From Octopus vulgaris (Eukaryota): a DNA stretch of 64,000 nucleotides. A model generated the notes under the pieces. The model saw nothing but the letters and a program-made list of their open reading frames with translations. It was not told the origin of the DNA and made no database searches. Shown here one piece after another: positions 1 through 14,294 of this stretch. The position numbers and the translations under genes were made by a program. The stretch covers positions 71,982,001 through 72,046,000 of the forward strand of contig OX597830.1 in the NCBI GenBank assembly GCA_951406725.2, given 5' to 3'. How positions within the stretch are numbered: position 1 is the stretch's first letter; every line of letters begins with the position of its first letter.

Positions 1-689
1 TGCATTTGTAGCTATGTCTGTATGCATGTAGACTTTAACGTCTTCCAGTTTATCTTAGGTCTTCTAATACCCGCCATATTGTGCTTAAATACTTATTAAT
101 TATTTAATGACGCCACCAACAAAGGCTCAGCAAGCAAATTAGTCTAGCCATTACAGTTTGTTATTGCTGTAAGGATAGCTATTTGCTGTGTGTTCTATCC
201 GTTGCCAGAGCAATGAGATGGTACTTGCTTTTTGATCAGCGGTACGCGAATCGTGAAATATGTCAGTGCACACATCCCACTTACACACTCAAACTACATA
301 TACACAAAACATATACACAAACACACGCCCGTGCACACATATACAAATTTTCTTAATTATTTTCAAATCTCTCAATGTTACTAGAGGTTCAAACCCACAC
401 GCATGTACATAAAAGGAAACTGATGCACGCAGTATTAAATACGCATTTACACACCCCACCCCAAATCTCTCTCCCTCCCTCTCTCTCTCACACACACACG
501 CAAACACACACATACACAATGACTGACACGTACATGCGCACACACACATAAAATCATGCACATATATACAATCATACATACATGTATGTAATTCTCTTTC
601 TTTACCTTCTCCAGCTTTCACCTCATAATCGATATATCTATTGTCACTATTTCTCACCTGAAACATCTACGCCCAAATCCGTGTGTCTG

Positions 690-746
<57 letters not shown>

Positions 747-771
747 TGTATGTGTGTGTGTGTGTGTCTAA

Positions 772-822
<51 letters not shown>

Positions 823-1207
823 AACATACATACATACATACATACATACATACATACACATATGTATGTGTCATATGATAGTATTAGAATGTGTTTCCTT
901 TGTAGTCTCTTCGTTATCCGTGGTTTCACAAATCACGTATGAGAAACCAGATCTGACCACTAAACATTCTATTCAACATTAACTATTTATATCAGATATA
1001 ATTTCGACTTTGCTAATAATGTTTTTATCTCTAATTCGTCGCATGTTTAATTAATCAACTACATATACATATTAAACATACATTTGTTTACCTGTGTTCA
1101 TAGCCCCACTTGCACCTATATATTTATATACCTCCATTGAGACTCTGTGTGGACCCATACGTGCGCTTATATATAGAGAGGATATGTTTATAGGCTCATA
1201 ATTTTCC

Positions 1208-1440
1208 AAGGCGGCGAGCTGGCAGAAACGTTAGCACGCCGGGCGAAATGCGTAGCCATATTTCGTCTGCCGTTACGTTCTGAGTTCAAATTCAGCCTAG
1301 GTCGACTTTGCCTTTCATCCTTTCGGGGTCGATAAATTAAGTACCAGTTACGCACTGGGTTCAATATAATCGACTTAATCCGTTTGTCTGTCCTTGTTTG
1401 TCCCCTCTGTGTTTAGCCCCTTGTGGGTAGTAAAGAAATA
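1208..1440 (+). mobile_element. SINE family A (tRNA-derived head + Meta-domain-like core), one module, ends at the module boundary
   Basis: A-box-like TGGCAGAAACG, B-box GAGTTCAAATTC, core GCCTTTCATCCTTTCGGGGTCGATAAATTAAGTACCAG; more than 10 homologous copies in the window. Confidence 0.85.
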
Positions 1441-1499
1441 CATATTTTTCCATATATAAATACAAGTCAATATAGTTTCATAATAAACGCTACTACAAT

Positions 1500-1640
1500 T
1501 GTTAACACGCCGGACAAAGTGCTCAGCAGCATTTCCTCCATCTTTACGTTCTGAATTCAAATTCTGCCAAAATCGAGTTTGTCTTTCATCCCTGATAAGA
1601 TAAGTACTTAGTTGGGCACTGGAGTTGATGTAATCCATTT
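1500..1640 (+). mobile_element. SINE family A, degenerate copy
   Basis: Diverged match: acgttctgaattcaaattctgcc...ctttcatcc...aagtac. Confidence 0.65.
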
Positions 1641-1680
1641 AGCCTCTACAAATATAGCAACTTTGTATGCATATATAATA

Positions 1681-2068
1681 TTTTCTTCTCTAGGTACAAG
1701 GCCCGAAATTTTGGGGTTGCGGGATGGGGTCAGTAGATTAGATCGACCCCAGTATGCAACTGGTACTTAATTTATCAACCCCGAAAGGATGAAAGGCAAT
1801 GTTAATCTCGGCGAAATTTGAACTCTGAACATAAAGACAGACGAAATACCTATTTCTTTACTACCCACAAGGGGCTAAGCACAGAAAGGACAAACAAGGA
1901 GAGACAAACGGATTAACTTGATTATATCGACCTCAGTGCGCAACTGGTACATATTTAATCGACACAGGGAGGATGAAAGGCAAAGTCGACCTCGGCGGAA
2001 TTTGAACTCAGAACGCAGCGGCCGACGAAATACCGCTCAGCATTTCGCCCGGCGTGATACCGCCGCCA
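1681..2068 (-). mobile_element. SINE family A, dimeric (two modules) with 3' tail
   Basis: Two reverse-complement Meta-like cores (GGATGAAAGGCAA near 1787 and 1972) and the reverse complement of the tail AAATTTCGGGCCTTGTACCTAGAG. Confidence 0.85.
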
Positions 2069-2694
2069 TTGTTTATATTACGATATCTGTATAGGTACAT
2101 ATAATGGTTGCACATGCCATAAGCAAATAATACGATATCTGTATAGGTACACATATAATGGTTGCACATGCCTAAACGGACGCAATCCGTCTCATACATA
2201 CGCACATACGTGCACATACGCTCGTACACACACATTTATACATGCCAGACCAGGTGCAACTTTACCTCTCTTCCTTGCCCTAAATATATTATTGTATTTC
2301 ATATCTTTATTGTACTAGCTGACCACGTGCCGTCAATAATGACGGTTAATTGTAGTATTTAATATATGAATAAGGTACAAAAAATGTAATTATAATAATC
2401 ACACATACAAACATTCACATACTTCCCTTCTACACGCTCACACATACACACATATAATCACCCAGTGTTAAAACGCTGATATCTTCCACTCCTTCCTTCC
2501 TTATTCAACTATCAGCATTTCCTTTCTCTCATTGCTATTACTTTCTTTCACTCCTTCTCAGTCAGTGCTATTACTCTCACTACTTCTCCTTCACTGAATT
2601 ATTACTTTCCCTCCTCCTCTGCGTCCGGCGTGATTCTGGACAAATATATATCTACATCTATATCTCTCTCTATATCTATCTATCTATCTATATA

Positions 2695-2725
<31 letters not shown>

Positions 2726-2749
2726 ATATATATAATTATATATATATAA

Positions 2750-3060
2750 TTTAAAAATAGGATAAAATCTTCACAAGAAATTATCAAGTAGTTAGCGTGA
2801 AAAACCGCATAAGAGAAAAATCTGTAAATCTCGAAGCAAGTAATTAAAAAACAGAATTTAGCTGCATATCATCAGCGCATATCACCATCGATTTCGTAAT
2901 CAACGCAGTGGCTGCGTCCCTAACTCATCAGTACAGCAAGATTCAAGATATATAATGAATGAACAAATTCAACATATCAGACGAACTTTGGTAGATTTGA
3001 CTTTAAGAGTCCCTCCTAGCGTGCGGCATTTATGTGTAATAATGCCCTCTATATAATATA
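2750..3060 (-). mobile_element. Short insert in TA-rich microsatellite carrying an HHR; probable Penelope-like terminal repeat (pLTR) fragment
   Basis: Unique sequence between TA-rich arrays, with the HHR at 2861-2937. Confidence 0.55.
2861..2937 (-). ncRNA. Type I hammerhead ribozyme candidate, canonical core
   Basis: Minus strand: GCUGUA-CUGAUGA-stem II (…GACGCAG CCA CUGCGUU…)-GAAA-stem III (G-U rich)-UA-UGCAGC; stem I is GCUGUA/UGCAGC. Confidence 0.65.
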
Positions 3061-3062
3061 TA

Positions 3063-3110
<48 letters not shown>

Positions 3111-3252
3111 AATATATAAAAACACTTGGGTCATCATTATATTATAGATCGTTTCTGGTTAAGAATCCAACAGCGCATGTCTGCATATAGTTGTGGACAT
3201 GACTGTATAAGTTTGTGACCATATTCTTGTATCTATTAATATAATAGTGAGC

Positions 3253-3305
<53 letters not shown>

Positions 3306-3674
3306 TCTTCATCCATGGTAATTAATGAAAGAAGGGTCCATATATACACATCAAAATCACGCACACACACACACACACACACACACTCATATATATACAT
3401 AAATATTTAGATATACACATACAACTGCACGCACGCACAGGTATTACGACTTGAATATAAGCATAAATACATCTATGATTATCAGTTAAATTTGATCGAT
3501 TTCTATGATTTAATTCGACCCACGATATAATGCTGGATATAATTAGATTAAATATATTTTTCAATTGCAGGTACCTTAACTATCAACATATCAATTTTTG
3601 ATATCTTTCTATGCGTTCCGAAATGTATATGTAGTGTGTAAATGTGTGCGTGCAAGTGTCTTTCTGATTCTTTC

Positions 3675-3751
<77 letters not shown>

Positions 3752-3807
3752 TATATATAATATATAATATATAATATATAATATACATATAAATATATAT
3801 ATATATT

Positions 3808-3839
<32 letters not shown>

Positions 3840-3901
3840 AATATATATATATATACACATATATACATATATATATTTATGTATATATACATATATATGG
3901 A

Positions 3902-3936
<35 letters not shown>

Positions 3937-3968
3937 GTATATGCATATATATATATGTATATATATAG

Positions 3969-4011
<43 letters not shown>

Positions 4012-4221
4012 CAGAGAGAGAGAGAAAGAGCAATAAGAAAATCGAGGGGAGTAGTAGGTGGTATTCATCAACTTTTAGACATTATATTATGTCAATTTAT
4101 TTATTTATTAAAAGGACAATTGTAAAAATATACCTACATGTATAACTTATAACCATATAACCTCTACCTTTCGTGGACTATATATATATATGTATAGCAG
4201 TAACGTATATATAAATATAAC

Positions 4222-4274
<53 letters not shown>

Positions 4275-5212
4275 GTATATATATATGTATGTATATATAT
4301 GCATATACATTATAGTAATATACTTATATATATATTTAGAAGCATGTTTATATTGAGAGAGGGAGAGAGTGTGACAGCGAGCTAGATAATAGACATATAC
4401 ATCATACATACAGGGATATAGTTTTATGCCTATACTCACACAGACATCCATGTATATATTTTGATCTTAGGCACACACAGAAACACAGACATACATACAC
4501 CCCATACAGTATATACACGTGTATTACTAAATATATTAATTACACGTGAGTGTGCAAATCGGTACGTTTGTACTAAGATTTATATAAATATTTGAAATTA
4601 CGTAAATCACGTGTCTAAGAAATTTTGGTTATTATTAACCACCCACCAACTTTATTCATGAACAACAGAACAAAAATTGAATCAAAGCGACACAATATAC
4701 TACAGAGTATAATGACTATGAATCATACATGCAATTTTTGTAGGTACTGGTTTAGTTGTTAAATAATTAGGAATATATTAGTACAAGGTTAAAGTATGAA
4801 ATTTAATTGGCTTATTGTAATTCTTGATAATAGAAAATATAAAAACGCGTGTTAATGTCAATTAGTTTGAAAATATACACCTCGTCATAAACGGGGTCTT
4901 TTAAATTCCTTATAACTGTGTGGTCTATCTGCTAAAAATATCAAGTTATTTATTCTCAGTTAGTATCTTGTTCTCTTTAAACAGAAAATAGATATTTTTT
5001 TATGTATAGAAAAACAGATGACGTGGTCCTGTATGGAATTAATAGGTCATAATGTCGTAGCGTTTTTAGCGTAATTAGTGACAAATATCAACAGCGAGTT
5101 GTCTATAAATGCAGTATTATAGAACATTACATTTCAATTTCAAGTCGTTTAGAATACGTAAAAACTTTGTATGTGTGTGTGTGCATATATATGTATTTAA
5201 TTATATCTGTAC

Positions 5213-5256
<44 letters not shown>

Positions 5257-5258
<2 letters not shown>

Positions 5259-5569
5259 CTATTTGAGGGAATATTAATCCTAACTTACAGGGAAAAAATT
5301 CAATTCAGAAATACTAAATCAAATTTCACTCCATATAATATATATATATAAAAATTAGAAAAAAAAAACACCTTTTATCAATTCAAAATGAACAATTAAA
5401 TTACACCATCTAGAAAATTACATATATCAGAAATATTAAAATTGAAATAAAAATAAAATACCGATGATTAAGTAAATTGCAAAAAAAATAATAAAACATA
5501 TATAATTGGTATTTTATTGTTATTTTAATTTTAATATTTCTATTATATGTAATTTTCTAGATGGTGTAA

Positions 5570-5576
<7 letters not shown>
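5257..5576. mobile_element. (TA)n insert with a ~69-bp inverted repeat and a one-sided extension (PLE-like inverted pLTR architecture)
   Basis: 5394-5462 is the near reverse complement of 5508-5576 (AATTAAATTACACCATCTAGAAAATTACATA…); (TA)n on both sides. Confidence 0.55.
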
Positions 5577-5637
<61 letters not shown>

Positions 5638-5653
5638 GAGACCATTGCGCCTC

Positions 5654-5704
<51 letters not shown>

Positions 5705-5787
5705 TTATATGCATTTATATACACATATTTGAATGTATATATATGTGTGTGTGTATGTGTGTTTGTGTTTGCGTGTGTGCATGTACT

Positions 5788-5818
<31 letters not shown>

Positions 5819-6595
5819 GTATACTATTGGATGTAATATTTTATTGCAGAAAGTATGATATCAAAACTGATATGGTATAACAAGGGGAGGTTTCAATCCC
5901 CGGTTGCAGATGTTTGAAATATTATTATAGAAAATACTCTGAAAGGAACAGATCGATGATATATTGAAATAAAGTAAATATAGAATTGTGAAGAATATTA
6001 TAGTATTCATGTTACAACTGCACTCGGTAACACTACGACGACCTATATAATTTTATACGTTCAAAGATATGAGAGAAATATATATAAAATCTTAAAGACA
6101 ATATATGCTTTTGTATATACATATCTCTATGCAAGCATCTACATAGATACATGGTATGTATGCTTGTACGAACGTACGTATGTTTGTATGTATATATAAC
6201 GAAACAAATACACCGAAATAATTAAAGCAATATAAAAAGTGCCCAAGCAAATTTTTACATATACATTAATGGAACCTCATCTTTTCCCTTATTTTCGTCC
6301 TTCTTGTCCTCTTCTCCCTCCCTACGTTTCCATTTTTTTTATTTAACACACACTGCCTACACGTACGCGCACACACATGCATGTGTGGTTTGATGTATAC
6401 GTCTTTGTGTGTCTGTGTGTGTATGCATGGATGTATGTATTTATCTACCTATAATGTACACATATATAAAACAAGCATATCTTTGTGTGTGTACATAACC
6501 ACACATGCATAAAGATACACATGCACAATTGCTTACTGTGTGTTCGTGTGTTCGTGGTGCAGTTGCTTATTATGTGTTCGTGTGTGCGTTGTGCT

Positions 6596-6639
<44 letters not shown>

Positions 6640-6734
6640 GAGAAATTAGATATTAATTTAATTAACATCGATTTAACACCAGTGGTTTAGCATAAAAAAA
6701 CTGAACCTTCAGTTATATATATATATATATATAT

Positions 6735-7022
6735 GAAGGGTGCTACAAGTAGCTCCAACACGCTGGAAATAGTAGTCCGAAGACGATTACAACCACAAAT
6801 TTTCACTGATACACATTAATCGAAATAGGAGGAATTAGCAGAAATTCTTAGCCCTCGTACCAATAACTAAATGAAAAATAAATTGAAAACCCTGTCTTCT
6901 AACTGCTATTTTTAGCGTGCTAATGGTACTTGTAGAACCCCTCAATTATTAATCAATAATATTTTACCCTATGGTACATTTTACGCATGCTGTGCCACTT
7001 GTTTTTATTGTAAACAATAATA

Positions 7023-7025
<3 letters not shown>
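6735..7025. mobile_element. Microsatellite insert with a diverged ~50-bp inverted repeat and a one-sided extension (PLE-like)
   Basis: 6735-6784 GAAGGGTGCTACAAGTA…GAAGAC vs reverse complement of 6894-6943 GAGGGGTTCTACAAGTA…GAAGAC. Confidence 0.5.
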
Positions 7026-7072
<47 letters not shown>

Positions 7073-7211
7073 GCTTTAAACTTTAAATTGCTTCAGCTTT
7101 AGAGCTGCTGTCATGCTGTGGGACCACTGTTATCTAGCATATGTATATGTAGATATATTTCCGTTGAGAAAAATATGATATGCATTTATATATATATATA
7201 TCGGTAAAGAA

Positions 7212-7271
<60 letters not shown>

Positions 7272-7355
7272 AACACACATATGTGTGTATGTATCTATCT
7301 GTCTATATATGTGTGTGTTTGAGTGTGTATGTGCGGGTATGTATATAGATATAAA

Positions 7356-7439
<84 letters not shown>

Positions 7440-7488
7440 TATAGATATACATATTTATAGATATATACATATATATATATATATATAC

Positions 7489-7533
<45 letters not shown>

Positions 7534-7588
7534 TATACATATATATACATATATATAGATATGTATATATATACATATATATACATAT

Positions 7589-7649
<61 letters not shown>

Positions 7650-8227
7650 CACACACATAAACATACACATATATATTTATATGTACCCACAAACAACATA
7701 TACCACACAGATGTATGTGTGTGTGCGCGTTCACACAAATTCAGAATATTCCTCCGTTCATTGAGGAAGAGTTCAAATGATATGAATCATATCTTAATTA
7801 ATGGCATATATCTGAAATATTACGGAGAAATGAAATAAAACCGTCTAACGTTTCAGTAAACATTCCGCTTAGTCAAACAATTTGCTAGAAATAGATGTCA
7901 AATGATAGACTTGCGACTCAGTTACTGAATGACTTTTAATGCAATCTAGATTTATATATGCTACGGCCATAATACTTTTGATCTTAGCTCTGCTTGATTG
8001 CATCTTCAGTTTATCTAGACGACAACAACAACAGCAAAATCAACAACAACAACAACAACAACAGCAACAGTAACAAAAATAAAGCCAAAGACCAAAGCAA
8101 TAAAAAATAATAACAAAACTACTAAAATAGCAATAATAACGACAAAAACAAAGCATGCAAGTTCTGTGCTTTTGTGTAATTCTCGGTAATGAAGTTTACG
8201 AAATATCGTTTAATATATCTTGTAATT

Positions 8228-8750
8228 TGTCGTTTATTATTTGAATCATGGGACACCGGCCATGCTGGGGCATCTCCTTGAAGAATATTAGTCGAATGAA
8301 TCGACTCTGTTAACTTATATTTGGTTTAGAACTGGTACTCACCATAATGCTGCTTTATGATTTTTTAATATCGAACGTCTAATTTGCGGGGATGTAAACA
8401 ACCCTACACCGGTTGTCAATCGATGGTGGGGACAAACACAGTCACATGCAGACACTCTATTCAATATATATATACACGAACACACACACGAACGCACACA
8501 CACAAACACCCACACACTCACTCACACACAAACACACAAACACAACACACATATATATATATATACATACATATATACATACTTACAATAGTAGGACTGC
8601 ATATGTGTGTAAGCATTTGTATACCTATACGACAGGCTTCTTTTAGTTTTCCTCTGCCACATCTACTCACAAGACTTTGGTGGCCATGGCTTATACGAAA
8701 CACCTGATCAAGGTACCACGTAGTGGAACTGAACCAGTTTCCATGTGGCT
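8228..8750 (-). mobile_element. SINE family B (tRNA head + CORE-like motif + internal microsatellite), degenerate
   Basis: GGCCATGCTGG…, GGTTGTCAA, ATACGACAGGCTTCTT, CTCACAAG, GGAACTGAACC occur in family order. Confidence 0.7.
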
Positions 8751-8825
8751 ATATATGTATGATTTATTTAGAAATTGAAAAATGTACAGATGAATCATTA
8801 AAACATATACGACTTCATACGTAAT

Positions 8826-8932
<107 letters not shown>

Positions 8933-9352
8933 CACTCTCTCTCTCTCTATCTGTCTGTCTATATATCTATATATATATATATATATATATATAGTGTAAT
9001 AAATAAAATATATGCATACATACATACATATATCTACGTACCTACATTTAAATGTATATATACATGCATGTATATATATATATATGTATGTATAGATATA
9101 TATACATACATAAATACATACATATGTGCATATGTGCATGATGTTTGCATTTATGCAAGCACATATTCATATTTACACAATTACATGCACAAAAATAAGC
9201 AAACAGAACCGTGTAAATATATGCTACATAGACACAGCTATGTCTCTTTCTACCGAGTATTTTATTTCTCTTGTCTGCTAGTGTGCGCTTGTACATATAT
9301 ATATATATACACAAATACGTGCACACATACATATGCATATTCATACGTGTTT

Positions 9353-9398
<46 letters not shown>

Positions 9399-9427
9399 GT
9401 ATATATAATTTTTTCTTTCGGGTTATA

Positions 9428-9494
<67 letters not shown>

Positions 9495-9898
9495 GTATGT
9501 ATATATGTATGTATATATATATATATGTGTGTGTATGTATATATATATGTGTGTGTGTATATATATATATATATACATAGTAAATAATAGATAGGCGAAG
9601 TTACAGATAGCTAGATATATATTATTTCATATGAAATATATATATGTATATATATATTCGATTAACTAATAAATATGTTTTTAGTTTTACCAATAATACC
9701 TGAAGTTGTGACCTCGCGAAAAAAATGCACATAAATTCGAAGTTGAAAGGAAATCAAGAAATTCAAATAAAACGTTCATTTCACGTAAAAAAAATATATA
9801 AAATGGAATAAAAAAACGAGAGTAGACGAAAATTTATATCTTTTATAATACATTTTTGCCTTGGTATTATACATATTGCTATTTGCATATCAATGTGG

Positions 9899-9973
<75 letters not shown>

Positions 9974-10045
9974 ATGTGTATGTATTATATATATATATAC
10001 ACATACATAATTGTATACATATAGATATATACATTTATACATACT

Positions 10046-10121
<76 letters not shown>

Positions 10122-10129
10122 AATGCATC

Positions 10130-10182
<53 letters not shown>

Positions 10183-10839
10183 TTATGCATGTATATATAC
10201 ATATATAAGCATAGCCTCAGACACATATACACGCACATACATATGCATACATACTAAATTAGTTCAAATGTTTTTACATTTGAATGTGGCAAGGCATGCT
10301 TGAATACATTTACACTATAAATATATATATATATATACGTATACATACATACCAGAAAGACACACACATACGCACACACACACACACACTCACACACACA
10401 CACACACACATGAATGTGTATGCGCCCCCTTGCCTACATATACATACCTGCAAACGCAACTACACTGTATGAGTATGCAAGTACGTATTCATAGACAAGG
10501 TGACGTTTTTATAGAATGACTGATACACACAATGATAATGATTGGGATAAATAGACAGAAAAATAGCAAACGAGGGAGAGAGTGAGAGAGAAAGAGAAAC
10601 AAAGCCAGAGACAGATAGAGAGAGAGTGAGGGAGAGCGAAGCAAAACTAAGGAGAGTGATAGTGAGTCAGGCTATAGTTGTAGTAATGCGTGTGTACACC
10701 TTGCGGATTATTCCAATCATCGAACCAAGACGCTTCTATTTTTATTCTTTGTTTACATTCTTTAGCGTCAGTTCTTGTTATTGTATCATACTGTGGTATA
10801 ACAGATATTCCAAGAATTTTACGGTACTTTATTGTATAA

Positions 10840-11032
10840 GTCGCAGGAGTGGCTGTGTGGTAAGTAGCTTGGCTTACCAACCACATTCTTTCTGGGTTCA
10901 TTCCCACTGCGTGGCAACTTGGGCAAGTGTCTTCTACTATAGCCTCGGGTCACCCAAAGACTTGTGAGTAGTTTTGGTGACGGAAATATATATTATGGTA
11001 TATATGTACGGAAATATATATATATACATATA

Positions 11033-11077
<45 letters not shown>

Positions 11078-11120
11078 ATATGTTTGTTGTTTGTGATTGT
11101 ATTTGGTAGACGTATATATG

Positions 11121-11179
<59 letters not shown>

Positions 11180-11289
11180 GTGTGTATATGTTTGCGTGTT
11201 TGTGATTGTATTTGGTAGACGATGTATATATGTATATATATATGTAAATATATATATATGTCGTATATATATATATATATATGTGTGTG

Positions 11290-11325
<36 letters not shown>

Positions 11326-11548
11326 ATATCTCTATGTGTCTGTGTTTGTCCCCCAAAATAGCTTGACAACCGATGCTGGTGTGTTTACCTCCCCGTAACA
11401 TAGCGGTTCGGCAAAAAGAGACCGATAGAATAAGTACTAGGCTTCCAAAGAATAAGTCCTGGGGTCGACTTGCTTAACCAAAGACGGTGCTCCAGCATGG
11501 CCGCAGTCAAATAACTGAAACAAGTAAAAGAATAAAAGAGTAAAGAGT
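10840..11548 (+). mobile_element. SINE family B, full length, internally expanded
   Basis: Head CAGGAGTGGCTGTGTGGTAAGTAGC, CORE-like TTGGGCAAGTGTCTT, internal (TA)/(TG) arrays, tail GAAACAAGTAAAAGAATAAAAGAG. Confidence 0.85.
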
Positions 11549-11782
11549 ATGTCTGATATCTCATAATAGTTGTCTGTGATTCCAACCAAAGTAGTAAGCA
11601 TTCTAGGCAACACGTTGATATCTCGGTGTCATACTAAAGCTAACACGTCGAACGTTATATTGATCTTCGGCTTTGGTAGTGCCAGTATTGGAAGAATTAT
11701 AGAAATGAATAAATAAAATTGATACAGAATAATATGTTTACTATTAAATTTGTTTTTATGAAATTATTATATGTAGGCACAG

Positions 11783-11990
11783 AAGGCGGAGAGCTGGCAG
11801 AATTGTTAGCACACTGGACGAAATGCTTAGCGCTTAGCGGTTCTTTCAAATTCCACCGAGATCGACTTTACCTCTTATCCTTTCGGGGTCGATAAATTAA
11901 GCACCAGTTGTGTACTGGAGGCCGATGTAATCGACTGTCCCCCTCCTCCAAATTTCAGGTTTTGTGCCTATAATAAAAATGATTATAAGT
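11783..11990 (+). mobile_element. SINE family A, monomer with 3' tail
   Basis: AAGGCGGAGAGCTGGCAGAA head, a single Meta-like core, tail AAATTTCAGG…TTGTGCCTA. Confidence 0.8.
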
Positions 11991-12023
11991 AGACATAGAG
12001 ACACCGATTACCACTCCCCTTAT

Positions 12024-12065
<42 letters not shown>

Positions 12066-13236
12066 ATTTATATGTGTGTATATAAATGTAGGAGAGGTGC
12101 TGACTTTAAGGATGTCGCAAAACGCCTGGCTGGAGACCCAATCTTCCGAGATCTTTTGCAGGACCTAAAAAACCTGAAGGACTACTGTAATTCGTGTGTA
12201 AATTTGAAAGGGTAATTTATTGAATAAAATAATTTAACTGATCCACGTGTGTTTTCTTTTACCCAAAAGTCAGGAACATTATGTATGTATATGTATGTAT
12301 ATATACATGTATTCATACATACATATACATGTATATCATACCAACATCTGTATATTGTTATAAATACACATATATACACATATTCAGCTTCTCGTTCTCA
12401 ATCTCTTTCTCTCTCTCTCTCTCTCCCTCTCTCTTTCTCTCTCTCACTTTCTCGCCATGTATATGTTTGTGTGTGTGTGTGTGTGTGTAATACGGTTATA
12501 CTAGGGAGAATCTTTAATTGGCTGCAATTTTTTTCCTTTCCGTCAGTCAAATTGTATGCGCATCACCGCGTTTCAAGTTTGAACTCGAAATATCGAATCA
12601 ATTATTATTACCTGAATCGCGACCATATTGGTTAAGGTTGATCTCACAGGCAGATCCATAATTAATTTGCATATCATTCACCACTTCATCAATAATCACT
12701 CGTCTGATCATTTAAACCTTTATCTGAGTGTTTGTGTGTGTGTGTTTTTTTTATGCATACGGGTGCCTATGTTCTCATGAACGAGTGATTGTGAAATTCG
12801 CATTGCAATCACGTGGCCCCGCATTCAGTCTCACCGCGTGATTGCTCACGCAATTGTGTTGTGTTAACAATATGTTGATGAATAAAATTGTGTAAACGGA
12901 GGCTTTGAAAAGCCGACGGATTGATTGTGGCTGGTGACACATTAGTCGTCCTGTTTCTACCCAAGGCCCGCCGATAAGTATTTTGCGAAATACTCAGATA
13001 CTTAAAAAATCCTTGAAGTTATATTTAATTCAGTGATACTTAAAGACAAAATCCTTAAGGTCGAAACATACAGATGATCATGAAGTTGACAGAAGGTTTG
13101 AATACATATGCGTAGACGTATGTATGTGCCTGAGTCTCTTTCATGTATAATGTTTTGCATATCGAAAAACAAAGAATGTGATTAACGCGCGGGTGAGAAA
13201 GATATACAGTGCAGTGGATAAATTCATAGAATGTTA

Positions 13237-13680
13237 TACTCTCTTTTTACGTGTTTCAGTCATTTGACAGCGGCCATGCTGAAGCACCGCCTTTAATCGG
13301 GCAACTTGACCCCGGGACTTATTCTTTGTAAGCCCAGTACTTATTCTATCGGTTTCTTTTGCCGAACCGCTAAGTGACGGGGACATAAACACACCAGCAT
13401 CGATTGTCAAGCAATGCTAGTGGGACACACATACATACAAAGACACACATACATACACGCACATATATACAAAGACACACATACATATACGCACATATAT
13501 ATATATACACATATATACGACGAGCTTCTTTCAGTTTCCGTCTACCAAATCCACTCACAAGGCTTTGGTCGGCCCGACGTTATAGTAGAAGACATTTGGC
13601 CAAGGTGCCACGCAGTGGGACTGAACCCGGAACCATGTGGTTGGTAAACAAGCTACTTACCACACAGCCACTCCTGTGCC
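13237..13680 (-). mobile_element. SINE family B, full length
   Basis: Reverse complement from the tail through to the head CCACACAGCCACTCCTGTGCC. Confidence 0.9.
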
Positions 13681-14208
13681 TTATCTCATGAATATTTCAA
13701 TATGCAGAGAAACAGAACAATTATTTGTCTCATTATATAATAAATAAATCTGTTTAAAGTTAATAAGAAAAAATTGTACATTCCTATGATCGGCAGTTAT
13801 TATTTTATTCATCAAATTATTAGTTTGTAAACTATTACGGATATAGTAGCTGGCCAACGAACTATCTGAATAGTTATAGCTACCTCATGAGAAAAGAAAA
13901 TAGGCAAGGAATTTTGTGGTTATTTCCTTCTTTAAAAGAATTTTTGCGCCCGAAATAGGAAATTTTCAAATTTTTGCTCCCTTAGTCTGTGATCTTTCTA
14001 GAAAATTATTACTGTCCCTATTTTCTTTCTCCATTGGTAGTGATATCTATTTTGAAAATCCGCCGATCAACTGTTACCGCTCTCACGAGCGAAATATCTA
14101 TTCAGTAGTTTATTTACTAACTTATTAGTAAATAGAATATTACCTGTTGATGATAGGGAAACCCCGGAACATTTTTTTCTAAACATCAAGTATAAACAGG
14201 AACTTTTT

Positions 14209-14294
<86 letters not shown>

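Noticed and set aside
2079-2172. ~40-bp direct repeat
   Set aside because: A simple local tandem duplication of two units; not CRISPR-like.
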